From: Squalus acanthias
Taxonomy: Eukaryota
Direction: 5' to 3'
Assembly (NCBI GenBank): GCA_030390025.1
Contig: CM059429.1
Span: forward strand, 102,610,001-102,674,000
Length of the DNA stretch: 64,000 nt
The notes beneath the pieces were generated by a model. That model did no database searches, was not told the origin of the DNA, and saw only the letters and a program-made list of their open reading frames with translations. The position numbers and the translations under genes are program-made. Below, piece by piece: positions 24,204 through 36,440 of this stretch. How positions within the stretch are numbered: position 1 is the first letter of the stretch; the number at the start of each line of letters is the position of its first letter.

Positions 24204-25202
24204 CAGTAGTGTCGGCAGGATGTTTTTCCCGGGGGTGTTTGGATATGAGCTTGCAAATAGGAATGTCACAATAAGGTTCAAATAGAAACATTATTACTTC
24301 CATTAATCTAGCAATTCAAATCAAACAAATGAAAAGAAAAAAAGTCTTGTCGGACAAAAACTCTAAAGCACAGAGTCATGTGCCGCTGCTCTATCAATAG
24401 CGTCCCTACTATTCACTGCAATATCCCGGTGAATGTTAAAAAGCGCAAGCCCAACTAATCGGTTTTCACTAGTTGAATTGCAGAACTGACTAGTTCTGGA
24501 GCAACATCCGTTCTTTCTGTGTTCTATCAAGTGATCAAAGACCACACCTTGAGTACTGTGTGCAGTTTTGGTCGCCTTATCTGAGGAAGGATGTTCTTGC
24601 CATGGAAGGAGTTCAGCGAAGATTCACAAGACTGATACCTGGGATGGCAGGAATGACATATGAGGAGAGATTGGGTCGATTGGGCTTATACTCGCTGGAG
24701 TATAGAAGAATGAGAGGGGATCTCATCGAAACATATAAAATTCTGACAGGTCTGGACAAACTAGATGCAGGAAGAATGTTCCCGATGGTCGGAGAGTCCA
24801 GAACCAGGGGTCATAATCTAAGGATAAGGGGTAAGCCATTTAGGAATGAAATGAGGAAGAATTTCTTCACCCAGAGAGTGGTGAACCTGTGGAATTCTCT
24901 ACCACAGAAGGTAGTTGAGGCCAATTCATTAAATATATTCAAGAATGAGTTAGATATATTTCTTAAAGCTAAAGGTATCAAGGGATATGGGGAGAAGGCA
25001 GGTACAGGGTACTGAGTTTGGATGATCAGCCATGATCTCATCGAATGGCGGAGCAGGCTCGAGGGGCCGAATGGCCTACTCCTGCTCCTATCTTCTATGT
25101 TTCTATGTTCTTTCGAAAGAAGGAGTGGTCCGATAAACAATCATAGAAGTTTCGGGGGGGGGGGGGGGGGGGGGTTGAACAGCTTACTTGCCTACGCCCA
25201 AT
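24204..25202 (-). mobile_element. hAT-derived element with transposase C-terminal (dimerization domain) remnant, interrupted by a CR1
   Basis: ORF 24363..24545 contains NSTSENRLVGLALFNIHRDI.V....IDR, resembling the hAT C-terminal dimerization motif (R.TM.Q.RL.GLALL.IH). Termini cagtagtgtcggcagg / cttgcctacgccca, possible 8-bp TSD tagaggtc / aagaggcc. Confidence 0.6.
24541..25110 (+). mobile_element. Young CR1 (HER1-like) 3' fragment with an open ORF2 end
   Basis: ORF 24560..25015 (QFWSPYLRKD...RRMRGDLIETYKIL...FFTQRVVNLWNSLP) is uninterrupted and followed by the 3' UTR and a ctatgtttctatgtt tail. Confidence 0.92.
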
Positions 25203-25628
25203 AAGAGGCCCTCGCCACACTCTCCGTGGTTCCTATCTCTTTGCTCTAAGGATTCAGTTAAATATGCAGGCCCTGATGTGCAGCAGTAATGATGGCAGGG
25301 CAGTCCCAGTGCATTCTGTCACTGACCCCGCCGGAATTCACACTCATTTAAATATTGAATGGTAGACCAGGAGTGCAACGCCCATGAAACACAGGGATAA
25401 ATCGCTGGGGGGGGGGAGTAAAATTGCTACTGTAGGATTTTTTAAAACCTACAGATCGCAGCAAATTCCTGGAGACAGCAGGCAAGTGGTGTGTTTACTC
25501 CTCCGACTTTTGGCAGAATGTTCAACCGCGATGATTTCTCACCGAAGGAATCCTTTGTGATTTCTCAAGATTTCAACTTCACACACTGGTGATTCGCAAG
25601 GAAGGCCTCAAGCAAGTGGTGACAGAGG

Positions 25629-25851
25629 AGGCAAGGCCAGAGTTTTGCAGATGCCGACCGACAGATCCTGTTGGACAAGATATATCAGAGGAGAGACCAG
25701 CTGCTGGGCTTGCAGGGGAAGAAAGTCACCTGAATGAGTCATTAGAACAACATGGAGGGAGCTGGCAGTGGTGCCGAGTACCACCGCTCTCATCCCTAGT
25801 AGAGTGTGCTCATGCCACAAAAAGTTTAATGACCTGACTGGGGCAGCCAAG
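25629..25851 (+). pseudogene. Decayed Myb/SANT-like (trihelix) exon of a PIF/Harbinger element
   Basis: Across one frameshift it reads RQGQSFADADRQILLDKIYQRRDQLLG...TWRELAVVPSTTALIPSRVCSCHKKFNDLTGAAK|gtaag. This matches the F.D.....LL.....R..LL / W..LA / CxKKFNDL pattern of Harbinger DNA-binding proteins. Confidence 0.65.
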
Positions 25852-27261
25852 GTAAGATAGCTTTGACATTCCCATTTTTACTTTGGCAGGATGGACACCT
25901 CCACTGATCACCCTCACTTCTTAAATGTAACAATAAATCTTCAATGGCTTTAATGGCTAACTCGTCAATGTTGGATTTCCCTTCTCAAACCCTCCTTGCA
26001 TGCTGCCCCTTACAATTCCAACCTCTTGTGTTACAGGGTCCATCCAGCATTTGCCCAGACTTGTAACATCAGCTGTTTGCTGCCACCCGGGAGATTCTCT
26101 TCAGATGCTTACCTTCACATAACTGCTGTTAAGAGCGTTCCAGGGGAAACTAGCATGTAATGCCCAGGAGAGGTGGGCCAAAGCACCCTCACTCTTTTCT
26201 CCCTTCTTTTCACATCCTCCTCCTCCTCTTCCATCAAGAAGGTAAATAGGGAAACCCATGCGGTTCAACAGAATGCTTTACCGTAGGTGGGAGTCAGTAA
26301 TGTTCTGGTGACCAGCGAGTTTCACAGTTTGAAGTGCAGCTCAGCAGCTCTCCAATGCAAAAAAAAAATCCCCAAATTTGCAGGCAAACCTAAGAAATGG
26401 GCACCGGTTTTCCAGGGAATTTGCCCCTCTAAATAGATCACTTCTGCCAAACGGGTCAGCTCATGAGAAGGCTACGCCTCATTTATCAGTGTGTAAGTTA
26501 CACTGATGGAAATGATGCCTAATGGGGGCATAATTAACACAAAATTTGACCCCTTACACCATACATTATCATTTGCATATGCGCACTAGAGGTTTAACAT
26601 TGGAACATTGGAAATGGTGCTTCCCACCAGGACTGCAAGATTTGGTAAAAAGAAAAATTGGCATAACCTTGGTGGAAACAGGGCCCACCCGGAAATCTAA
26701 CCCTCGAGATTTTGTTGCGCCAGAAAAACACTCTTTTCTCACCAAAAACACTTGCAAATTTTTTAAACTTCACTTTGCACTGGCTTCAGTTATTCTGCAC
26801 TGGGTGTGCAGCTGAAGCAGACTGACACTGCCTCCCAAAACTGCTCTCACAATTCTTACTGCATTGCACTTTTGGGGATTTCACACCCTAAACTGCTGCT
26901 CATCAGTGCGGACCAGGTAGAACCACCCATTGGAGATTAAAACCACAGTCCATCTCGCCTGGTAGCTAATATACAATAATTTAAAAAAAATCACACTTAA
27001 AAAAAATCCTGGTGCTTAATTTGAACAGTTTCTGAACTAAACTCCATCATGTTGCAATACTAGATAGGCATTACAAGTGTGAGAAGCATCATTCAAATGT
27101 AAACACTGGTTCAAAATGAGCGACCGGTAAAGTAAACATTCATTTTGCTAAACTCAGTCCTTTACTGTCGTGTCATAGCTCTGTTTATCTGGCAGACACA
27201 GACTGCAAGCATTGGTTGTACGACAGCTCTGAAATAATGAACTGTAGTCTGAGCTTCATAC

Positions 27262-27418
27262 CATTCCACTGATGCAGCGTCCACACACAGTTGTTTTGAA
27301 CTCGCCATGAATCTCCTTAACAGCGCTTGTGGTGTAAAACCCTTCTGCCAGGAGGATTATTCCATACAGGAAGAAGAATGAAGCAACTCCATAGATGACA
27401 TAATGCATCATCTGGATT
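27262..27418 (-). CDS. gpm6b: gpm6b internal coding exon (TM2, intracellular loop)
   Basis: cctcctcag|A ATC CAG ATG...GGA ATG|gtatga. 157 nt encoding [52 protein letters not shown], containing the PLP-family LLAEGFYTT motif. Phase matches the previous exon (GT+A = Val). Confidence 0.97.
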
Positions 27419-27732
27419 CTGAGGAGGAAAAAAAAAGGTACATTTTATACATTAGAGTGCAGCCCTCTCAAAACTGCGTGCAAAAAAATTGGGCAAAATG
27501 GAACTTGGGGTTCCACCTCACACCGCAATCTTCAACTGGTGGGGAAAAAATACAGAGTTAAGAAGAAAATAAATTGGCAAAACTACAGGAACATTTGGTA
27601 AGTGATTCAGCAGGAAGCTGAAATCATAAATGTTAGAAGATACTCTCCACTGATGCAAAGGCCATGAAGTTAAGTTGTGGGATACTAAGGTGCAAATGGT
27701 TATAGTGCGTTGGTCTTAAACTCCGTTTATAC

Positions 27733-28000
27733 AACAACAACAGCAACTTGTATTTATATAGCGCCTTTATCGTAGTAAAATGTCCCAAGGCGCTGCACAG
27801 GAGTATTTTAAGACAAAAAATTTGACACCGAGCCACATAAGGATAAATTAGGGCAGGTGACCAAAAGCTTGGTCAAAGAGGGAGGTTTTAAGGAGCGTCT
27901 TAAAAGAGGAAAGAGAGGCGGAGGGGTTTAGGCAGGGAATTCCAGAGCTTAGGGCCCAGGCAACAGAAGGCACGGCCACCAAAGATTGAGGGATGCTCAT
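27733..28000 (-). mobile_element. L2-clade LINE 3' end
   Basis: caacaacaacagcaacttgtatttatatagcgcc...ggtgaccaaaagcttggtcaaagag...gaattccagagcttagggcc. Related fragments at 28498-28655 (-), 14850-15120 (+), 41755-41943 (+) and 58040-58163 (+). Confidence 0.75.
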
Positions 28001-29616
28001 TTACAATAAATAGGTTAACTCTCTGCTAAAATAGCAGAGATAAACTTTGAAACATTGTGGTAAACATTCACACAGTAGTATCCCGCTGTGGGATTTCAGG
28101 GCTGAATCTTTTCTGCTTCTTCACTCATTATCCTCCCTACACTTCAGCATACAGTTCAAATCATCAACAGGAGAACATCACAACATATTGAGTGATTTTA
28201 CATGTGGCAGTGATGATCCTCCTCACTTTCCCATGTTACATAACTCCACCTCACATCTGAAACAGCAGCAGATTCAAAGCATACTTTTATACACTGGGGT
28301 ACATCACATTTTTTGACTATTAGCCAGAAGAAGATGAAGAAAAACTATAATTCAACGAACCCACCCATAGAACGTGGAGGTGATGGTTTGGGTTAGGATA
28401 GAATTGTTTAAAGGTGCAACACCTCACAATTTTTCAAAACAGGTCACCTGTGATTGATTTTCAAAACCATCCTTTTCTCTTTGCAAATCACTTTTGTACA
28501 ACAACGACAACAACTTGCGTTTATATAGCGCCTTTAACATAGTAAAATGCCCCACGGCGCTGCACAGGAGCGTAATCAGACAGAAACTGACAGCGAGCTA
28601 GAGAAGGGGACATTAGGGCAGCTGACCAAATGCTTGGTCAAAGAGGTAGGTTTGTACTGTAGACCTCCTTAACTTGCTGTTATCTCTGTGCTCCTGCAGG
28701 TCATCACATTGCCACCAGGGACAATCTGCAGAATTCACAACGTGCAAACTGGAAAAAATTAAACAACAAGAGATTGCTCAAAGTCTCAGGGAGGTAATTG
28801 GAAAGAAATGTATTACGTTTTGTTTTTCTTCCCTTCATAAAAAAAAGGAATAGATATTTACTAAGGAAAATGTCACAAGGCACAGGGGTGGTGGAGCTCC
28901 AACTGTTTTAAAAATAGCTCCATTTTCCACTTCGTCCCTTCTATCAAAGTAGAAGTCTTCGGCAGTCTCACCATCACATGTTCAAATAATTGCAGCAGTC
29001 AACACCACATGCAGGAGGAGCAATGTTCCATAAAGAAGCCCGACGATTTGAACAACAACATTTTAGTAATATTGCAGGTTGGATCCTACTTAAGATCGAG
29101 TGTTCTGCTGAGCGCTCAAGTTCTACAACAAATGATGAACTGCTAATTAGCGTGGTAATTATATTGAGGTGGGGCTTTTTATCCGTAAGCGGTTTATTTT
29201 AGGAAGAAAATTGCAGCTTTAACCAACTACACTGCAACCCAAATTACATCTCAAAGTAGATCTTTACATTAAAATAAACCTCTTCAGAACTGGTCAGGGA
29301 CCTACAGTGCATCAAGTTTATACCAAATACATTCCTCATGTTAAGCTCTACTGCTTCTACAACCAGCTGTTTCAAAATCTGCAACAAATGACTTTAGTGA
29401 GGTCAGTCACTTCAGCCTCCATTCCATTTCCAGATTCCAACACACAGGGAGAGCTGCTGCAAAGCAGACACACTGGGGTAAAAATACACCGGCACCTGGT
29501 TCTGGGAGTGAAAGCGAACGCAAGGCGCGCCCAAACCAGGAGGCCCGAGGCCTGCCCCAAGTTGGGCCTCATCCAAGTAATGCTGGGTCGAATTTCGAGC
29601 TGCCTGCCTTGCCTCA

Positions 29617-30143
29617 AGTGGGGGATGGGGAGGAGCGTGAGGAGAACGGGAGAGGGGCTGATCGCAGGCCGGGAGCGGCCCTCGAGTAAGTGGGGGGATG
29701 GAGGGGGGCGGGGGCATGAGGAGAACGGGAGAGGGGCTGATCGCAGGCCGGGAGCGGCCCTCGAGTAAGTGGGGGGATGGAGGGGGGCGGGGGCGTGAGG
29801 AGAACGGGAGAGGGGCTGATCGCAGGCCGGGAGCGGCCCTCGAGTAAGTGGGGGGATGGAGGGGGGGCGGGGGCGTGAGGAGAACGGGAAAGGGGCTGAT
29901 CGCAGGCTGGGAGCGGCCCTCGAGTAAGTGGGGGGATGGGGGGGCGGGGGCGTGAGGAGAACGGGAGAGGGGCTGGGAGCGGCCCTCGAGTAAGTGGGGG
30001 GATGGGGGGGCGGGGGCGTGAGGAGAACGGGAGAGGGGCTGATCGCAGGCCGGGAGCGGCCCTCGAGTAAGTGGGGGGATGGAGGGGGGCGGGGGCGTGA
30101 GGAGAACGGGAGAGGGGCTGATCGCAGGCCGGGAGCGGCCCTC
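29617..30143. repeat. G-rich ~79-bp minisatellite, about 7 units
   Basis: ggagaacgggagaggggctgatcgcaggccgggagcggccctcgagtaagtggggggatggaggggggcgggggcgtga starts at 29641, 29720, 29799, 29879, 29956, 30022 and 30101. Confidence 0.95.
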
Positions 30144-31363
30144 AGGAGGGCTGAGGTGCCGGGAGGAGCTGCACATGATGGTCCTGATTTTCCTCAGGAA
30201 TGGAGCCAGGCTTCCGCCAGAACTCCAGTGGGAGTCCAGCAAAACCCGCCGGAAAACAGCAGGGACCCAAGTTTTGCCGCTTCGGGGATTTTCCATTCAG
30301 CCTTGTAAGGAGTGGAACTTCTGTCGGAGGCAGTTCAGGTGCAGGGACTCCCTATGCCAGGAATTCCCACTGCCCCAGCTCAGTCAGGACCTGGTGTAGA
30401 ACTGGAGGTAAATCACCAAGCCAGATGAGCATTAGCAGTCTCTAGATGGTCCGGTGTGGCCCCACCGAGGGGTTGGGGGTGGGGGGGTAAGGGTGCGGTC
30501 CAGGGAGTAGCATGGCCTGGACATCAGAAGAAATTGTAAGATTTTTTTTTTTAAATTGGTGCTGAGGGAGGGTAGGATGGCCCATTCACAATGCTACCGA
30601 AGCCCAGGACCATTTGCAATGCTCCAACCCCAACTGCTGACGTACCAGGGCCCCAGAAACCCATGCCACTTCAGGAGTGTTCCTGCTGTAACTTTGGCAG
30701 GGGTCTGCCGGAAAAGCCGCAGATTAGAGCGGAGCTCGAATACGATGATACGATGAGTCCTGATCTTACAGTGCAGTTTCCAGGATGGGTGGGGGGGGTG
30801 TGATGCTATTTAAGGATGTGCGCCCACCCCCTCACAGATTTTCTGGATCCAGGTATCTAATTACAACTGATACATCTTGCATACCTTCTTGTTGTGTATT
30901 CTAGGCTTTAAAACAGGTAAGGGATTAAAATTAAATACATAGGTATAGCAATATATGTATAAAAAAGGCTACTTGTGTGTGGTTTTCACAGATTAATGGA
31001 CAGCTATTAGAGTTTGATCTCCAAAGGACCAGTAAGAATTCCAGAATGCCATTTAATAAGAATGGAATTTGACTTATGCAGTCGCTGTAAATCAGCGGCC
31101 CTTACGTTTCCCCCTACACGGCGTAAACACCACTGTTCTAAAACAGCGAATCCTCTGACTCACTGCAGGCAATGCCACGGGAGATCTGCTGGTATATTCA
31201 GAATAAACAATGGCTCAGGCTGTGTTGCCAGGCGACGTTTATATTCAGCGTGGATCGCAGCAGGAAGCCACCACACTGAGTCATTCCCAAGTCTGTGCTT
31301 TTAGGATAAAGTCAGAATAAAGACAGCTAATGGGACTGCGCAGGGTAAACTTTACACACTTAC

Positions 31364-31550
31364 ACGTCAGTCAGCAAGACATGGTCGCTTGCGTTGTTGG
31401 AGAAGTACAGCTGCACAATCCTCTCCACCTTCGTTAGAGCCACATGGCCACAGCCGCAGAACAGCGCCACGCCAGAGAAACATAAAATGGTTGCCAGCAG
31501 CGACGCATATGGAACCCCTCCAAGGCACTTAATACAGCACTCGAAGCAAC
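31364..31550 (-). CDS. gpm6b: gpm6b / DM-gamma internal coding exon (TM1, first extracellular loop)
   Basis: Minus strand cttcccttag|GT TGC TTC GAG...GAC GT|gtaagt. 187 nt encoding (G)CFECCIKCLGGVPYASLLATILCFSGVALFCGCGHVALTKVERIVQLYFSNNASDHVLLTD(V), the PLP/DM20/M6-family N-terminus. The acceptor is phase 1, so it needs an upstream exon ending in G. Confidence 0.97.
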
Positions 31551-33370
31551 CTAAGGGAAGAAGAGAGCAGAACGGTAAATGAGGAGTTCCTTCATAAACA
31601 GAAGCGCTTCTCCAGTTAAAATCGTTCTTATGTTTCTCTATGGATCTGTTAGGTACCCAAAAGCAGCCTCTTCAGGCACGGAACGTAAGCTATATACACA
31701 TTCATTCAGAGTGGAACTTTATCACTGAATGCACCGGACTATGAATTGCACCTCAGTTTTTAAGCAGTTTATATAAATCACACTGGAGTAAAAATTCCTC
31801 TGGTCACTATGTGTAGTGAGATCATAAGTGAGGTTCTGAAGATGTCCCATTTTCTACTTCTGGCCAAATTGTAACAGCGTTCTAGATGTGGTTTGAAAGA
31901 ACATAGGAGCAGGAGTAGGCCATTCAGCCCCTCGAGCGCCATTCAGTTAGAGCATGGCTGATCTGTACCTCAACTCTATCTACCCGCCTGAGCTCTATAT
32001 CCCTCGACACCCTTACCTAACAAAAACTAATCAATCTGTGCTGGAGAACTGAGGAGCTCTGTGGGGTTCACTCCTTGATCTGGCATTCACAGCGGGGAGC
32101 AATGCCCATGGTTTTCTATCCACAAATTCTAATAGATGGAAAATCCCGGGCTGTGTGCCCACGATTTCATGAGGTGTGCTCCCTGTGATATCTGCTGCCC
32201 ACTGGGAACACTGGATTGCGAGCCATCCCTATAGCGACCAGAGGAATTCTAGCCCGATTGATGTCACAGTGCTCCACTGTATAAATTGGCTGCCTGCACT
32301 GGAGGAGCCAGGATCCCAACCCATGGATATACTCCTGGCCCCGAAAGGATCAGGCTAATTAGTTTTTTTTTTCCAGTGGGCTGCAGGCGGGATTCCTGCT
32401 CCCAGGTTTAGATCTGGACTGCAAAGATCAGAATCCAAAGAATTTTGAGGAGGATTTGAATGGGGCCACAGGAGCTTCCAGATTACTCTTCGGGGGGGGG
32501 GGGGGGGGGGGAGGAACCTGGCACCCATTCGGGGCTGGGCTGGCCAGGGTTTCCAAATTCTATGGTGAGGAGGGTGCCACAGATGCACCCCCAAACTGCT
32601 GAAGGCCCACTCATGGGGGACTCTCCCCCTGACCGTGTGAACTTCAGTGGGGTCAATGGTGGAGTTCCATGGCGGGCGCAAACTTAGTGTAACTGCCAAC
32701 ATTTCTAGGCCGTTTCTTTTTAAAGCATCGCACCTTGACCTAGGCAAGGTGACGCCTTAAATTTTAAATTTCGTTTCTGCCCCATTGCAACCCTGGATGT
32801 AGGGAGACTGGCAATCCTGGAGTTACATCAAGCAGCCAGAAAATCCCGGCTTGGGAAGTTTAGAATCTATATATAACATATTAGATATCCTGTGTGCATT
32901 GCTTGTGTCAACTTTTTCCATTACAAATCCTAAGTCCACATTGAAAATGAAAACTGCCTATGTAAACTTGTCACGGTGTAATGACACCCTCCCGCCTGTG
33001 ATGCTACAGTAGCGCCACAGTTTTACATTTCTCAGCTACTTCGCCTGCACTGCAGGGAAACCCCTATGCTCCAACCAACTCTACTTCCCAAATTGTTATA
33101 AGTTTTGTCAAAGTATTACATAAAAATAGGACTTCAAAATGGGAGCTGAATTATGTCTGCACACTCTGGTCCAATGATCTCCTCTCCTCTTACCCCCTTT
33201 TAACTGAAGACTGCACTTGGCCTTCAGTCCCCATGTACAACGCCACAGAAGATCGACTGGTAGTTATTATCAACATAAAACAAATGATTATAAAATCTAG
33301 TTTATCAAAATACATTACTCTCAGTTAAGACTATGCATGTTTTTAATAATCCAAGCAGTTTGGATCAAGT

Positions 33371-33601
33371 ATAAAAACAGAAAACGCTGGAAATACTCAG
33401 CAGGTCCGGCAGCATCTGTGGAGCGAGAAACAGAGTTAACGTTTCAGGTCGACGACCCTTTGCCAGTTCTGGCGAAGGTTCATTGACCTGAAACGTTAAC
33501 TCTGTTTCTCGCTCCACAGATGCTGCCGGACCTGCTGAGTATTTCCAGCGTTTTCTCTTTTTATTTCAGATTTCCGGCATCTGCAGTATTTTGCTCTTGT
33601 G
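33371..33601. mobile_element. Head-to-head inverted Penelope-like pseudo-LTR pair with two hammerhead-like cores
   Basis: Arms of about 95 bp are reverse complements centred near 33466. Flanked by the 13-bp direct repeat gtttggatcaagt (33358-33370 / 33602-33614). Confidence 0.85.
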
Positions 33602-35187
33602 GTTTGGATCAAGTGCTTTCCTGAAGGCAGATCAACACAAAGTTGTTTCACAACAGTAATATCTCACCCAGTGGGTTCTAAATCTTAGATGGGATATTTG
33701 TAGGGAGCACAAAGCAGAAGTGAGGCAATTTCTTACAGAAAGCTCAAAGACAATCCGTGGGCAGGCAATCTGCAACGTGCGGAGTCCTGGCATATTGTGC
33801 CGTGAAGGATGGGGACCCGCATCTATGATCCTGCACAGACTGAATTTCAATCTTGGCCATTCCCCCATGAGGCACCCTGAGAAGAAAGCGGCCTCCTCCT
33901 CATAGCGATGAGTGGAAACTGGAGGGAGTTTTACCTCAGTCCACTTTCGCATTCCTCCTCACAGCCAATTTCACCCCAGTATAGGTTAAGGCCTGGAAAC
34001 ACATGTCCTTCCGGCACAGAGAGATCCAGAAAAAAAGGTGGAGGTCTCACTCAAAATTAAAGTCATTTTTCTCCATTCGAGGAAATGTTTCAGTGAGTTC
34101 CTTAGAGCTGGCCAGATTTGAGGTGACAAGATTAATGCAGAGCCAAGGTAAATATCCCAACATGTTCCTGCAGTATGGACCGCATTTATTGCACACTTTT
34201 GACATTAACAACATTGAGTAGGAGCAAGGCCAAGTCCAACCAACAGCCGAAAACTTGGACTGATAGTTAATGATGCTTCAGCTAGTATTTGTTTGAGAGT
34301 GCAGCATGTTGTTCCAGATTGGAAACATTTCTAAAAGCAGGAAATGCTGGCAACGCACAATAGGTCAGTCACCACCTGACCACCCAGATTCGCATCAACC
34401 TGCTGCTCAGTTCCCACAATCTCTTGCTTTTACTTCCAATTTCGAGAATTCACAGTCTGTTTATCCTCAATAATTATTTAATTTTCATATATCTGAGTTA
34501 TCCAGCATGACCTGCCACCTAACTATTAATGAATTCTCACATCACAAACATATTCAAAGACCGGAAGACAAAGAGCATTGTGTATGTTGTTTTACACATC
34601 ATGGGCCTGAAGACCCCTATAAAGACCTGCAGATATTCCTAATCTCTATTAGATTATCTGGTCTGCATATCAGACTTGTTAATGCACAGATCAGGTAAAA
34701 TCTATGTCAGCACTAGATTAACGGAGTTACTGCAATGGTTCAGTTTACAGTAAGGAGCAGCAGGTGATGCAGGGTGTGGTGGTGAGATTAGACATCGTTA
34801 GAAACAGTTGAGGTTTTAAGTACTGTACGTTTATTGTTCTTCAGTAATGTGAAGTTTGTTCCAGACTGGGCAAACAAGAGTAGCTGAAAAAGGGGGTCAG
34901 AGAGCCGGAGAGAAAACAACACATATGTTGTGCAACAATAGCCATATTGTGAAGGATGCTGGATCGCCGCATGTCCAGTTTATCAAACCATTTTAGTTCA
35001 GTGATCACTACTTTGGTAACTGGATATGAATTATCCACACTTGCTTCTCAGACAGGAGCCAAAAACCCAACACAGCATTAACTACAGCAATTATTTTTTG
35101 GAATCCATACTATTTGTCACAAAAAAAATCCATTTACACTGTGCAAGGAGATTCCAAGGATCTCGAAAATACAGTTAAACTGATGAG

Positions 35188-35571
35188 CCAACATCTGTAA
35201 TTTACTCCCAACATCTGTAACCTACTACCATTTGCAATCTACTCCAAAAATCTGTAATCTACTCCCATTCGTAATCAACTCCCAACATCTGTAACCTACT
35301 ACCATTTGCAATCTACTCCCAACATCTGTAATCTACACCCAATTCTGTAATCTACTCCCAACATCTGTAACCTACTACCATTTGCAATCTACTCCCAAAA
35401 TCTGTAATCTACTCCCATTCGTAATCAGCTCCCAACATCTGTAATCTACTCCCAGAATCTGTAATCTACTCCCAACATCTGTAATCTACTCCCAGAATCT
35501 GTAATCTACTCCCAGAATCTGTAATCTACTCCCAGAATCTGTAATCTACTCCCAGAATCTGTAATCTACTC
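35188..35571. repeat. ~20-bp minisatellite
   Basis: Unit tctgtaatctactccca(ac/ga)a with 18-bp variants. Block 35221-35294 recurs 150 bp later. Confidence 0.93.
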
Positions 35572-36099
35572 TAATGCAACAATCTGAATATTTCAAAAGC
35601 TGAATAGTCTCTGTTTCTCTAGAGAGACTGAAATAGAACATCCTCGCCCTCCACCAACTATTTAACCTTGACTCACTTCCACATGATAGCATCACAAATT
35701 CTGTTTCTAGGTTATGCCTGGAAGCTGTTAATATAACCAATAGCAATAAAAATGACTGATTCTCTTCTCACATGTCTCCCTACAAAAATATTTACGATCT
35801 GCAATGGAAGACAATAGTGCTACAACTGACAGCCTAGTCTGACGGCAATAAAGGAAATCAATACCAACTCATAGCTTGGCAGCCTCTCTAATTGCTAATA
35901 CTGGTAAGTACAGTGTACAACCCAATGAGTGTATGTGCTATTATCACATCCACACTATAGCGCACAGTTTTTTTTAACCTCTTAACAGTAAATACCAAAT
36001 TCAACAATTTCAGGTTTGTTTACAGATTAATATAAACAAGAAAATATAATGAATTTCTAACTGGCAACTAGAAAGGTAAAAGCAAATTTTCTGCAACAG

Positions 36100-36440
36100 A
36101 TCTAGGCTGACACTCCAGTGCAGTACTGAAGGGGTGCTGCACAGTCGGAGGTGCCGTCTTTTGGATGAGACATTAAACCGAGGCTGCGTCTGCCCTCTCA
36201 GGTAGACAAACGTAAGAGATTCCACAGCACTGTTCAAGGAAGAGCAGGGGAGTTCGCCCCAGTGTCCTGGCCAACATTTATCCCTCAACCAACACCTAAA
36301 ATCTAGTCATTTATTTCATTGCTCTTTGTGGGATCTTGCTGTGCTCAAATTTGGCTGCCGCGTTTCCTACATTACAACAGTGACTGCACTTTGGGATGGC
36401 CTGAAGTTGTGAAGGGTGCTGTATGAATGCAAGTTCTTTT
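36100..36440 (+). mobile_element. Deu-domain SINE (5'-truncated)
   Basis: ggctgacactccagtgcagtactga...ttgctgtgctcaaatttggctgccgcgtttcctacattacaacagtgact...aatgcaagttcttt. Confidence 0.8.

Noticed and set aside
27157-27261. PLP-style exon 3B extension past the DM20-equivalent donor
   Set aside because: Read-through gives GTA TGA, an immediate in-frame stop.
29412-30308. 294-aa Pro-rich ORF and overlapping Gly/Arg-rich ORFs
   Set aside because: These are translations of the 79-bp GC-rich minisatellite, with no splice context or domain.
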